NCBI GenBank assembly: GCA_965644315.1
Contig: CBFFRQ010000044.1
Location: 1 to 64,000, forward strand
Reading direction: 5' to 3'
Source of the DNA: Caecitellus pseudoparvulus
Lineage: Eukaryota; Protista; Bigyra: Bicosoecida
Length of the DNA: 64,000 bases
Below, one piece after another: positions 32,486 to 44,280 of this stretch. The translations under genes and the position numbers were made by a program. The notes below the pieces were generated by a model that saw nothing but the letters and a program-made list of their open reading frames with translations, was not told where the DNA came from and ran no database searches. How positions within the stretch are numbered: position 1 is the first letter of the stretch; the number at the start of each line of letters is the position of its first letter.

Positions 32486-34396
32486 ATGTTCCGCGCACAC
32501 ACAGCCTGGCGCAGGTGTCTGCAGGCTTGCGTCGCAGGCAGCGCGCTGTCCTTGGGAACAGTGCAGGCAGAGGTGCTGCCACAAGGCTGGCGCGGCAGCA
32601 GCCCCAGCGCCAACAGCAGTGACGTGCGGCAGACAGAGGCAGCGCTACGGCGCCTGGCGGAGCAGGGGCCAGCTCAGGCGGCGCAGGGCCACAGGGCGGT
32701 CGTGCGTGTGGAGGGCAGGGGCGTGGACGGCACTGGCGTGTGTGTGTCGCCGGCGGGCCACGTGCTGACTGCCGCCAGCGTCGTGGCAGGCAACACCCCA
32801 CTGCGCGTGAGGTTCGAGGATGGGCATGTGTACGACGCAGTGCCAGAGGGCGTGGAGTGGGCCGCTGGACTGGCCCTGCTTCGGCTGCACGGACCCGGCA
32901 CCTTCACTCCTGCTCGCGACTTGCAGCGGCTGCTGGGGCTGGCACACCACAAACAAGGCATGCTGGGCGCTGAGCATGCCCGCCGCCCATGGCAAGGCTG
33001 CAATGCGCTGGAGGACCTACTGCAACATGATGCTCCTCAGGCTGTCAACCCCATTCCAGGCATCGTTTCGCACCTGGCGAGCCAAGTCCGCGCCCTCTGG
33101 CGTGGCGTTTCGTCTGGAGCAGCGTTTCACCCTGCTTGGTCCGTGCAGTCGCCGCTGAGCGCCACTCGGCTCAACGCTGGACTCGAAACACAGCAAGACT
33201 CTGCACGTGTGCATCCATTTGCGGGCAGCCTGTTGGACGAGTCCACGGCACCTGCCCCCTGCATCACAGCCTTCCTGCCGCTGGCCAGTACTCTCCCGAG
33301 CACTCTGTACCTGCTCGCCGCCGACCCGCTCAGTGTGGACCCGGCCGCCTTTAACTCCACAGTGGACACCACACGCAGTGTAACTCCCGCTGGCCTGCGT
33401 TGGCACGGCCCCATGGGCGAGGCGCCCCCCCTGCAGCCGTCTTCACGTCACCACTTCTTCGGCTGCACTGGCACGCCCCTCTCCCTCCCAGCCCTGCACG
33501 CCCAGCCGACAGTGTTCACGACATCCCCAGGCACTCCGCTGGTGTCTGCTGATGGCTGCTTGGTGGGGCTGGTCCTGGGCGGCTGTGACACCGCCCTGAC
33601 TGCAGTGGATGTGACCCACTCTGCAACGCAACGCCTGCTTGGCGCTCTGCGCCACAGCGATGCCCCCACCAACACCGCTTCATGGCAAGCCTTGCATGGC
33701 TTGGGCCTTGCAGTGCGTACATCTGATCCCGAAGTCCTTGGGCCAGCCGACCTACCCGCCCCTCACGTGGAGCCACCGGCACATGTGCGCGCGCAGGAAA
33801 CGCTCGCACAACTCATGTCACAGGAGCAAGAACAAGCGCTTCTCGCCGACTCGACACGCGCCGACATTCTTCGCCAGCGTAAAGAAGGCGGCGTCACGGG
33901 CATGCTGGCTCGCAACATGCCGCTGCCACTGCACGGTGTGCCTTCACCCACTGCCGCCGCTGCCCGCGCAGCAACTGCCGCGGCACAGGCCAAGGCACCC
34001 ACTACACCCACCACCTGTGCCGTCGTCTCAGCTGTGCAGCAAGGCAGCGTTGCGTGGACGGCCGGACTGCGCCCTGGCCAGCTGTTGCTGGGGGCTGATG
34101 GCGCTCCGCTGCACTCTGCCCTGCAATTGTCCGGCCTGCTGCAGAGCAGGGCTGGGCCCGTGCAACTCACTGTGGTTGTTCCTGCGGCGCAGTTTGTACA
34201 GCAAGGCCTGTCAGAGGCTGTGGACACCTCCTTCCTTCCGCAGTCGTGGCGGGAAGCGGTGGGCGGCGCGTGGGCAACGAAGCGCATTTCGCTGCCCTGT
34301 GCCGCACAGCACCAGGCAGATGCCACCCAAGGCTGTTGGCTCACGGAAGGGCAGGTGGAGGCTGCAGCAGCCTTACTGCCTCCACCTGCCTCCTGA
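32486..34396 (+). CDS. HtrA/DegP-like protein (trypsin-like + PDZ), probably catalytically inactive
   Basis: GTGVCVSPAGHVLTAASVV, GLALLRL, PGTPLVSADGCLVGL; PDZ-like VSAVQQGSVAWTAGLRPGQLLLGADG. Confidence 0.7.
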   Translation: MFRAHTAWRRCLQACVAGSALSLGTVQAEVLPQGWRGSSPSANSSDVRQTEAALRRLAEQGPAQAAQGHRAVVRVEGRGVDGTGVCVSPAGHVLTAASVVAGNTPLRVRFEDGHVYDAVPEGVEWAAGLALLRLHGPGTFTPARDLQRLLGLAHHKQGMLGAEHARRPWQGCNALEDLLQHDAPQAVNPIPGIVSHLASQVRALWRGVSSGAAFHPAWSVQSPLSATRLNAGLETQQDSARVHPFAGSLLDESTAPAPCITAFLPLASTLPSTLYLLAADPLSVDPAAFNSTVDTTRSVTPAGLRWHGPMGEAPPLQPSSRHHFFGCTGTPLSLPALHAQPTVFTTSPGTPLVSADGCLVGLVLGGCDTALTAVDVTHSATQRLLGALRHSDAPTNTASWQALHGLGLAVRTSDPEVLGPADLPAPHVEPPAHVRAQETLAQLMSQEQEQALLADSTRADILRQRKEGGVTGMLARNMPLPLHGVPSPTAAAARAATAAAQAKAPTTPTTCAVVSAVQQGSVAWTAGLRPGQLLLGADGAPLHSALQLSGLLQSRAGPVQLTVVVPAAQFVQQGLSEAVDTSFLPQSWREAVGGAWATKRISLPCAAQHQADATQGCWLTEGQVEAAAALLPPPAS

Positions 34397-34608
34397 CTCC
34401 GTGAGTGCCCCTGCACAGCCCACTCTTGCTTCGCCGCACCTTGGTGCCACTGCCACTATCCTGCAATTTTCCGACTACCCCAGGAAAACCGCACTTCAAA
34501 CTCCGTGCTGAGAAGCCAAACACCAATACGAAAGTAACTAGGCCACTCTCCTAAGCCAGTCCAGGTTCACGCCGCTTGTGGCCTCGCCGGAATCACCACC
34601 GACCCCCA

Positions 34609-37600
34609 ATGGGCTTCCCAGCTTCTCGCTCGTCGGCAGGAAGCCTTGAGCCGGGGGCTCGAGCTGGGACTGGCGTTCAAGTACATGGGGGCGCTTCGTT
34701 CTGGACACAATGCAAGGAAGCGTTGTTTGGGGTGCGTATGAGGCGGGCAGGGGCAGAGCAGGGCTGGCATTCATGCGGAGGCACGCGGCGTTTCCCGTGC
34801 GCCCACTTCACCACCTTACATTGCTCGCTCTCAGGTGCTCTTCCTAGCTGCTAAGGATTCCCACGTCACCAACACGGGCACAGTGGTGCTGCTCACCATC
34901 ACCACGGCACAGCTGTGCTCGTTTGCCGTGGCAGGCCTGCTGGCTGCCGCCGCTGCGGAAGATGCGCAGACTTGTGAGTTCCCGCCGCCAAGCACACTCC
35001 ACTCCACTCTCCTGGCAGCGCACTCCTTCGCACTTCACTTCCCAGACAGCGGCATGCGTGAGCTGTCTGTGATACTGGACTCTATCAAGGTCGGCAGCAT
35101 CGTGGGGGCCCTGCAGCTCTCGGCAAGCCTCCTGCAAGTCTTGCTGTGGCTGAGTGTAGCGTTTTCGGCCGGCTCCACTGCCCTCCTCGCATCAGTTGCC
35201 ATCACCCTCGTCCGTGGCCGGAGGCAGGCGGGGTGGCAGCTGAAGCTCATGCGCACTGTAGCCTTGTTAGGCTCCACGGTGCTCTTCATTCCCATTGTCA
35301 GTGAGTGCTGCTTGGCTGGCCCCGCCCCCTGCGCGTGGCAGCTTGGCGTCTGTGAGAGCTGCCTGCCCTCACAAGCCACCACAACTCCTGTGTGTGCCGC
35401 ACCTGTGCTCCACTCACCCTCTGTCTGTCGCGCGCACTTCAGGTCTGCAGCTCGGCTGGGTGGCCTGTGCCCAGCCTGCCGTGCATGGCGCCATCGGGGG
35501 CCCTGCCCAGTGCTTCGTCGGCGGTCACCTCGCAGGCATGGTCCTCTGCCTCTTGACGCTGCCCCCCTTCATCTGCACCGCTGGCGCCACTGCAGCCTGC
35601 TACGTGGACCACTCCCTGCGCGGATCGCGGTTCAACGCCAAGCTGCATGGCCGAGCCGATGCGGTGCTGCTGATCGGGCAGGTGCTGACCATCGCCGTCT
35701 TCGACTTGCTGCCTGCCAGCTCGGCGCTGTGGCTGAAAGTCATCCTGCTGCTGGCCCTAAGCGCATACTGGCTGCGATCCTTCATCGTCACTCAACCTCA
35801 TATTCAAGGCACCATGAATGACATCCGGGCTGCGCAAGCTGGGGCGTTCACGTGGTGCTCCATCAGCCTGACCATCGCAGTGCTGTACCCCCGCGGGGAT
35901 GCAGGTCTGCTCCTTCTTGGCGGGGTGCTGCCCGTCTCTGTTCTTGCTGCCACAGCTGCCCGCATGCGGCGCTCCCGTGTCGAAATGGCACGGTTCTCTG
36001 ACTTGCTGTCCATGGCAGACATGCACCGTTGGGGGCTGGCACGGGTGCGGCAGTACGTCGCACTGCACACATCCCAGGAGCAAGCAGAGGCGTTGTTTGG
36101 CCTGCTGGGCGAGCTGCGCTTGCTGCCAGCGCAGTCGGAGTCCCTGCAACAAGACATGAAGCCCATGCCCAACTTGCACCGAAGCACCCCCAGCTCGACG
36201 CTCCAGTTGACACCCAAGGCACCTGTGAAGGGCGAGGCTGGCAGGGGAGCGGACCCCGAACATGTCCCTCGCGCGAAGATCGTGTCGCACGGGCACATGA
36301 TGCTGGACGACAGTAAGAGCGCTGCTCCGGCAAGCCGACCGCCGCGCATGACTCCTTCCCACTCCAGCATCACACGCACCAGCTCCCTGGACTCTGCAGC
36401 AGGGCAGCCAGAGCGTGAAATCTCCCTTTCACACACGGGGCTTGATACGGTGTTGGAAGTGGGCGACTCGTCTGGCGCTCACAGCCCGGCCAAGCAACCA
36501 AGCAGACAGCCCCAAGCTGCTCTTGCAAGCGCACACCCTGTAGTTTCCAACACCGGCATAGCAGCTCGAGTTGTGGCGACAGAGGGGCCAACCCACAGAA
36601 CCCCACTTGAGCGAGCTTTGCTGACAGCAGCAGACCGTGCATTCAAGACTGCAGCCGCGGTGGCGGGCGCCAGCACCCTGGCGCACTTCACGAAGGCGTC
36701 CTTCTACAGGTACTACCGCTCCAGCCGCTACATCGAGTACGTCGCCTTGAATGATGCCAAGGCAGGTGGGCCTCCCCTGGATGTCGCTTTCTTCGTGTAC
36801 CAGCGCACACGCCAACTGCAAGAAGCACAAGCAGGGTTTTCGTCAGTGGGGGAAGCCAAGCTGTCTGCCATCGACCGGGTGCTGTACGACCAGCACTGGA
36901 CCGCTGCAGTGAAGGCGGAGGTGGACTGGCACACGGCACAGGTGCGAGTGTGGAGCGTTCTGGCTGCGCCTGATCCCAGCGCCGAGGAGCTGCACCTGGC
37001 TGGCATCCAGCTCACGCGGGCTCTCATCACAGCCCAGACGTCATACGACGCCATGCTGGCCATGAACCCAAACTCGTCCCGCCTCCTGCGCGCCATGGGC
37101 TCCTACCGCATCCGCATGTGCGGCGACGTGGACGCCGGCAACGCGTTGCTGTCCCGGGCGGAGCGCATGGATGCGGCGGCCTTCCAGCGCAGCCAGGCCG
37201 AGCTGCCCTTCTTCCAGTATGGCGCCCACATGCCCACAAAGAGCTTTGTCGTGGACGAGTCCTGTGCCCTCATCACGGCCTCTGGGTCCCCCCACAGCAT
37301 CGGGGAAGTCACTGACGCCAACGCGACGGCAGCTCGCATGTTCGCTTGCACGGTGCCCACCCTCATCTCCAAGGCACTGCCAGACCTGCTGCCGCCCATT
37401 CTGGGGGAAGCCTTCGAGGCATCCATGCTGCAGTACACGACCTCAGGCGACGGGCTGACCTTTGACAAGGTGCGCCTGATGCTGATGGAGGATGCTTCCC
37501 AGCACCTGCTGCCTGTGGCGGCCCTGCTGCAGGAGACGCCCAGCGTGGACACCAGCATGACCATGAACTTCACCCTGGCCCTGCAGAAAGTGAACACGCC

Positions 37601-40600
37601 CTTCGACATGCTGCTGTGCGCGGGGCCGGACAATGACTACCGCATCGTGTCCGCGACAGCCTCAGCCCGGAGCACACTGGATGTCACGGACAGTTTCGGA
37701 GAAGGGGAAGGCGGCGCGGTGTCCCTGCTCCGGTACATGCCCCAGCTGGACGAGCCGGCAGCAGAGGCACTGTTCGGCTCCGACAGTGTGGAGGAGGTCG
37801 TCGCAGCTGTGCACTCCAGCGCCTCTCCTCGTGCGCGAAAGGCTGGGACTGGAGCTGGCCATACGACGCAGGGTGTCGCCTTGCGCCGCACTGGTTCCAC
37901 GGCATCCATGCGCACTGCTGCAGCGCTGCAAGGTGCACCACACCAGAAAGGAGGTGGGCCTTTGGTGTTGACTGACATGATGCGCGCCTGCCCTGTGCCG
38001 CTCGCGACAGTGCCAGTGCAGACACAGGCCATCACAGGCGGCGTCGCGCCGCTGCTGCTTGTGCTGTGGCCACGAGCAGGCGTGAAGCGCCTGTTGCCGA
38101 CCTCTGCTCGCCCTGCAGTGGAGGGCATGGTCAACAAGGCCTCCATGTCCACTCCCACCCACGGCCAGCTTGTTTCCTTGCCGGTGCATTCGCGGACAGG
38201 GGACCCTGCGCTTCACAGGGGGGGTGCGATACCCCTCACACCGCTGGGGGTGCCCACCTCTCACACGGGCCCTGACCTGGGTGCGAGTCCAAGGCCGTCC
38301 CCTGCCATGTCCAGGGGTGTTGCAGACGTGCGGAGCCAGGATGGGGACAGCGCTGGTGCAGACAGCAAGGCTGGGGAGCCAGCCTCACCTCACCTGCCCA
38401 AGGTGCCCAGGGCCTCTCCCACGGGTTCGACGTTCACCGGCGAGCCAAGGCACAGCCAGGCACCAGCGACGTACCCACCACCGCACGGGAAGCCGGGTAT
38501 GGGGAGCCCCGAGCAGCACCCCACTGCGAAACTCGAGGCAGAAGGGGGCAGTGCTCGCAGTGGGAAGCTGAAGGGCATCCTCGTGTCTGGCCGTGACGTG
38601 AGCGAGGGGGGCCGAGCCTCCGCCGCCTCTGCGCGGGATGGGGGTGACGACATGACCGACGGCGGCGGGTCCGTGCGCTTCCAACGCCTGGCCATGGACA
38701 TCATGGCCGGCAAGGGTCGAGCTGGGCCGGGTTCGTACCAAGGGTCCTTTCGCGGCGGTGGCAACTCGTCTGCCAGCAGTGGCTCCATGACTTCCCACAC
38801 GCGGCGGACTCGGTACCTCCTGCGGTCAGTGCTGGGGCAAGGCAGACACCCCGCAGTGACGGCCATCGTTACATCCTTGGCACTGCTGTTCGGCACCCTG
38901 CTCCTGTTGGCCATCGTGTTCTGCGTGGCCCTGCTCACAGAACGAGACACGTCCGAGCGGTCAGAAGCGTCCCTCACCACTGGCTTTGCGCGCACAGCGC
39001 ACATGCTCGCAGGTGCGTCAGGTGTTCAACACTTGCTGCTGAACCACCATGGGAGCTACCCCTTGCTTGGCTCGGAGCTGTCGTACTACACCGTGCAGCA
39101 CTCAGCCAGCGAGTTGGAAGCAGACCATGCCCAGCTGACAGCCGACCATCGGCTGCTGTACAACAAGGGCGGCAAGGCGGAGGTGGATGGGGAAGTCACG
39201 ACCATTCTCGACCGCACTGCCTCGGGCCAGGATGTGGGCATCAACCTGACTGTGCCAGAGGCCACACAATGGTTCGCCGGCCTTCTGCGCAATGTTGCCG
39301 ACCTGCCGCCTTCCTCCATCACGCCCACTGAGCCTCACGTGGCTGCGGTTGTGCACAATGCCTTGCTGGTGATGCTGCCTGCGCTGGACGCCAACTCCCA
39401 GAACAAGCTGCGGGTGTATTTGAACCACGAACACGAACAGGATGTCTTGCTGCTGGGCACGTTCATTTCCCTCTTCCTTGTCTTTGTCGTCGGGTCGTCA
39501 ATGTTTCTGTGGTGGCAGACCAGCACCCTGCGAGCCCACCGCGTGAAGCTCTTGAATACCTTCCAGTTCGTGTCGCGCAAGGCGAGCAAGAAGCTGAAGC
39601 GCCTCGCACAGACTGCACTGCTGACCTCTGTCAGTGCCGCCCAAGTGGAGTTGGGGGGCGTGGACGACGAGCTGATGGAGCTTGTGGGAGAGGGGCTCAT
39701 GGACGACGAGCGAGGAGCTGATGGGGCCGGTGACGGTACGGTGGAAGCAGGCTTGCACTCCACAACCCGCATTCGCGAGCGCCATGCCGCCAGCAGTGAC
39801 CGTGACCCCCTGAAGCACTCTGTGCAGCAGGACGTTGTGGCAGGCGTGCGCCTGTGGCTACCGGTGCTGTTCTTGGGAGGTTACCTCGCGGGTCTCTTCG
39901 TCATCAACGACTCCTTCCGCATACAGCGCAAGCAGGTGGCGCAGGGCTCCTTCTTTCGGCAAACGCTGCTCATTGGCTTGTTTCGCATGGACATGACCTT
40001 CGCAGCTGAGCTGTACGATCCCATTCGTGCCTTGCAGCTGAGTTCAAGCGCGACCGATGATGCGCTGAAGGTGCGGTTTGACGATGCGCACGCACTGGCA
40101 CATGAGGAGCTGTCCATCGTCATTCGGGGCACTGCACATGGACCCATTGATGGCGTGTCCACGAGCGGGCCATTGCCGGATTCCCGCGCGTTTGATCTCA
40201 TGCTCGGCGATGCCTGTGAGTTCATTGAGGCCGAGTACGCAGTGCACTCAACCAACGACAGCTTCCTGGGCCCCGACGCTTGTCGCCAGCTTGATAAGGG
40301 CATCCTGCGGTCAGGCCTACAGGCAGGAGTACTGCGCTACCTGTCCCTCGCCTCCAGGGCCTTTGCAGAGGTGTACGAAGCCCGGAAGTCCGGAGGTGGG
40401 ACGTTGCCAGGAAACTATTCAAACTCCGATGCCGTGCTGGGTGCCAGCCAGGCTGCACAGCTGCTGACCCCGTACCTCTCCCGCCTCGCATCACTGTCCA
40501 CGACTCAAGCACGCGACGAAGTGCATGCGCTAATGTCGCAGGAGATCGCAGTGATTTTCGGGCTGTCGGCAGCTGTTGTGGTGCTGCTCCTAGCCTCCCT

Positions 40601-40805
40601 GCTCACCCTTTTCATCCCGCACGCGTACCAGCACGGTGAACAAACCGTCGCGACGCAGATCTTGTTGACAGTGCTGCCACCCAGCTTGGTGGGCGTGAAC
40701 ATTGACCTGCACGAAGCCGTCGTGGAGGCTGTGGAGATGGTGGAGCAGGCATTCCCAGACACTGGCGTCATGTCCAATGCGCACAAGTACATGCTGGGCG
40801 CCTAG
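34609..40805 (+). CDS. TmcB-like multi-pass membrane protein with PAS domain (multi-exon)
   Basis: N-terminal TM cluster, helical TPR-like region, PAS-like GEVTDANATAARMF...LPDLLPP and C-terminal TM helices. First exon ends KEALFG|gtgcgt and splices to VLFLAAK. Confidence 0.7.
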
Positions 40806-41003
40806 CTGCTTCAGCCCAAGTGGGCACGAGTGCCTCTGATCATAATGCATTCACTTGCCTTGGCCAACGGGGTCTGGAGAGCACCGTTCCCCGCAGTGGC
40901 AGCCTTCGCAAGGCACGTGGCACTCAGGAGACTGAGCCAATTCACGAAAACTTATCCCGGGCATGTGCGCAAGCGCAACGTTTCATTGTCACACCCTCTC
41001 ACC

Positions 41004-42677
41004 ATGAAGGTGTTGGGCTCCTTGCTGGCCCTTGTGGCCACGGCTGCGGTGTTCGCGCCTGCTGCCGCCCTCTACTCCAAGTCCGATGACGTGATTCAGA
41101 TCACGTCAGACCGCCAGTTTGAGAAGGACGTGCTGAAGTCAGACGGCGTCTGGTGCGTGGGCTGCGCCACGCTGTGCCCAGCGAGCTTGAAGCGCATGCC
41201 CATTTCCACCCATGCACAGGCTTGTCGAGTTCTACGCGCCGTGAGTGCTGCGTCAGCGCGCGGGTTTCGACTGGCGTGGTGGTTTTGTCAATTTCCGCGC
41301 CAGACCAAGTCCCCCACCCCCTGTATGCTCCTCAGGTGGTGCGGGCACTGCAAGAACCTTGCTCCAGAGTGGAAGAAGGCTGCCAAGCAGCTGAAGGGCG
41401 TCGTGAACGTGGCTGCAGTCGGTGCGTGCCACTGGCGCGGGAGTCTTCCGCGGCCACGTGTGCCACCCTCGAATTCTGCGAGCACCGCCCTCCACCGCCC
41501 CCTGCTGCAGATGCCACGGTCGTCGAGAGCCTGGCGGCAAAGTACCAGATCCAAGGCTTCCCCACCATTAAGGTGGGTGCCTATGTGTAGCTGCCCTGCC
41601 TTGCACCCGCCTCACTCGCTCCTTCCCTGCCCACGTCAGGTCTTCGCAGGCAAGAAGAGCGCCGGCAAGGACTACACTGGCGGGCGCGATGCACCTGCCA
41701 TCGTGAGCGCTGGTCTGCGTGAGGCCAGCTCCCTGGTCAAGGCCCGTGCCGGCGGCAAGAAGGCCGGTGGCGGGGGGAAGAAGGCTGGCGGCAGCGGCGG
41801 CGGCAACCGTCGGCGCGCAGGGGAGCCAGGGGGCGGGAAGCACGTCGTGACGCTGACAGAGGACAACTTCGACGAGCTGGTGCTGGGGTCAGATGACCTG
41901 TGGCTGGTGGAGTTCTACGCGCCGTGGTGTGGGCACTGCAAGAGCCTGGCCCCCGAGTGGGCGGCAGCGGCAGAGGAGCTGGAGGGGGATGTGAAGCTGG
42001 GCGCTGTGGATGCCACTGTGGCGTCCAGCCTGGCCTCCCGCTTTGGCGTGCGGGGGTACCCCACCATCAAGGTCTTCCCAGCCGGGCTCAAGGGCGGTGA
42101 CGAGTCGGCTCAGGAGTATCAAGGTGGGCGCGACGCTGGCTCCATTTCTGCATACGCCATGACCAAGCTGGAAGAAGGCGGCGCGTCGGCGCCCGTCACA
42201 CAGATCACCGACCAGGCCTCCTTCGACGGCATCTGCAACAAGGGCAAGGGCAGGCGCGTGTGCATCGTGGCCTTCCTGCGGAATTTGCTGGACGACGGCG
42301 CCGCTGGGCGGCAGGCGTACCTGGACATGCTGGAGGGCGTGGCCAAGTCGCACCGCAAGGGCCCGTACAAGTTCATGTGGGCGGCATCTGGTGACCATCC
42401 CGAGCTGGAGTCGGCACTGGGCGTGGCTGGCGCAGCTCCTGCGGTCGTGGCGCTGTCCATTGGCAAGAAGCGCGCTGCCCGCCACGCCGGCGCCTTCGAC
42501 GCGCCCAGCCTGGGCAAGTTCCTGCGCGCGCTGTCCTCTGGCAGCGCCAAGCCCGCCAAGCTGCCCAAGGACGTCGCCTTCACTGTGGCCACTGTGCCTG
42601 CGTGGGACGGCAAGGACGCCACCGTGCAGGTGGAGGAGGAGTTCAGCCTGGACGACATCATGGGCGAGGAGCTGTGA
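41004..42677 (+). CDS. PDIA6: Protein disulfide isomerase A6-like (multi-exon)
   Basis: Signal peptide, two WCGHCK thioredoxin motifs, acidic C-terminus ending EEL. Confidence 0.92.
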   Translation: MKVLGSLLALVATAAVFAPAAALYSKSDDVIQITSDRQFEKDVLKSDGVWCVGCATLCPASLKRMPISTHAQACRVLRAVSAASARGFRLAWWFCQFPRQTKSPTPCMLLRWCGHCKNLAPEWKKAAKQLKGVVNVAAVGACHWRGSLPRPRVPPSNSASTALHRPLLQMPRSSRAWRQSTRSKASPPLRWVPMCSCPALHPPHSLLPCPRQVFAGKKSAGKDYTGGRDAPAIVSAGLREASSLVKARAGGKKAGGGGKKAGGSGGGNRRRAGEPGGGKHVVTLTEDNFDELVLGSDDLWLVEFYAPWCGHCKSLAPEWAAAAEELEGDVKLGAVDATVASSLASRFGVRGYPTIKVFPAGLKGGDESAQEYQGGRDAGSISAYAMTKLEEGGASAPVTQITDQASFDGICNKGKGRRVCIVAFLRNLLDDGAAGRQAYLDMLEGVAKSHRKGPYKFMWAASGDHPELESALGVAGAAPAVVALSIGKKRAARHAGAFDAPSLGKFLRALSSGSAKPAKLPKDVAFTVATVPAWDGKDATVQVEEEFSLDDIMGEEL

Positions 42678-42706
42678 AGCAATGCATTGCCGGCCGCCGC
42701 CACGCC

Positions 42707-42725
42707 TCACATCATGCGGATGCCA

Positions 42726-42763
<38 letters not shown>

Positions 42764-42775
42764 CCCCATCCCACG

Positions 42776-42808
<33 letters not shown>

Positions 42809-43810
42809 ACCCCCCGCTTGGGCTGAGAGAGCGCCACCCAGACTCATCTCCGCGGCCACGAGCGTCTGCGAGCCCCAGTGTGCGAACTGCTGGATGCGTG
42901 CCTTGGACATCTTCGTGAAGTTGGTGCGGAAGTTGGAGTTCACGGTGAACTGCACCAGCATGTTCAGCGTGAACAGGTCTTCCGACAGCCCCGCCTCATC
43001 CAGCACGCCCGCCACCGCCTCCTGCTCCATGCTGGGCAGGCGCACAGACACTTCCTTGGCGAACGCCTCCGTGCCTGGCTGGATGTCCTCAGCCTCCAAC
43101 GCATCTGTCAGCTTGGTGTGTGTCTCTGCCTGAGCCTTCATGACCCGAATGTGCAGGAGGGTGAAGGTGTTGCTGTTCAGCAGCAGGCGCACGTGCATGG
43201 CTTGGATGGCCTGTGTCAGGGCCGCCACCTTGGGACTGCCGCTGTACGCTTGCAGGGCGGTCTCCAAGTCACTGCTTGCGACGCCACTGCTACGGGTGAC
43301 GGCGGTCTCAGCTGCTGCCACGTGGGCGTCCAGCTGGCGCTGCATCTCCAGGAGGGCGCCTGTTGAGATACGAGTCTTGCGAGGGCCAAGTGCGTCCTCC
43401 ACCATCTTGTGCACGGACGCCATGGCGCCTTGCTGCAAGGGGGGGGATGGGGGTACGGTGTTGAGGGAACAGCGCCAGCCAGCCTGCAGCCTCGCGCTCG
43501 CTTACGTATTGGGGTTCCAGCTTGGCCTTGAGTTCCGACAGCATGCCCACGAGCTGCTTGCGGCTGATGGGGCAGGATGCAGCTGACGGCTTCATCCACA
43601 TGCCAGTTTTGGAGGCCTGCCAGGAGGAGAGCGTGTTGCGGAAATTGGTGCCAACGCGACGTGATACGACCTGCGCAACAGCGCCGCCACACCCACCGAC
43701 TCAGCCCAGTAGTACACGCCTGCTGCGAGAGCAAGGGCTCCCGTCAGAACTGCGCCAGCCATGAGGCGGTCCCGGTTGCCACCGCCAGCGCCTGGCGCGG
43801 AAAATGCCAT
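42707..43810 (-). CDS. Hypothetical protein with a C-terminal (GGM)n tail (multi-exon, start uncertain)
   Basis: 243-codon terminal ORF plus upstream exon fragments, including an N-terminal hydrophobic helix (AVLTGALALAAGVYYW). Confidence 0.55.
42722..42812. repeat. 9-bp coding tandem repeat (GCCCATGCC)n encoding GGM
   Basis: Read directly. Confidence 0.85.
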
Positions 43811-44280
43811 GTCCGTGTCCGGTCCGTGGTGGAGTGCTGCGAGGCGATATCTGCCCTGTCGGCTCACCGAGCACGGAGAGAGGCTAACGCAGAAAATTTC
43901 TATGACTTGCCGATTCAATTGATGTGTCGTGGGTCTGCGCGGCGATGTTTTGTGCAGCGCACGCGGCGTTCCCCGCCAGTCACACTGGCAGCTGGCCTTG
44001 GTCACTGGCCCCCCCGTTTGCTGGCTCACGAAGACCAGCAGAAGCAGTGGCGTCCGCACTCAGATTTCCGTGCATCACAAGCACCTGTCTGGCCCGAGCA
44101 GCGCTTGCAGCGTTTCTTGGCCAGGCGTGCAGTGCTGTGCACGAGGCTGCCGGGTGTTTCGCGGCTGTGCCAAGTGAAACGCCGCACCTGCCAAACCAGG
44201 CGACATTGCAGCTTCCCTGCAGGTGCGCACGCTGTGTCGAGCACACGGACGCGTGACACAGGCACGACGCGTCGAGTGCC

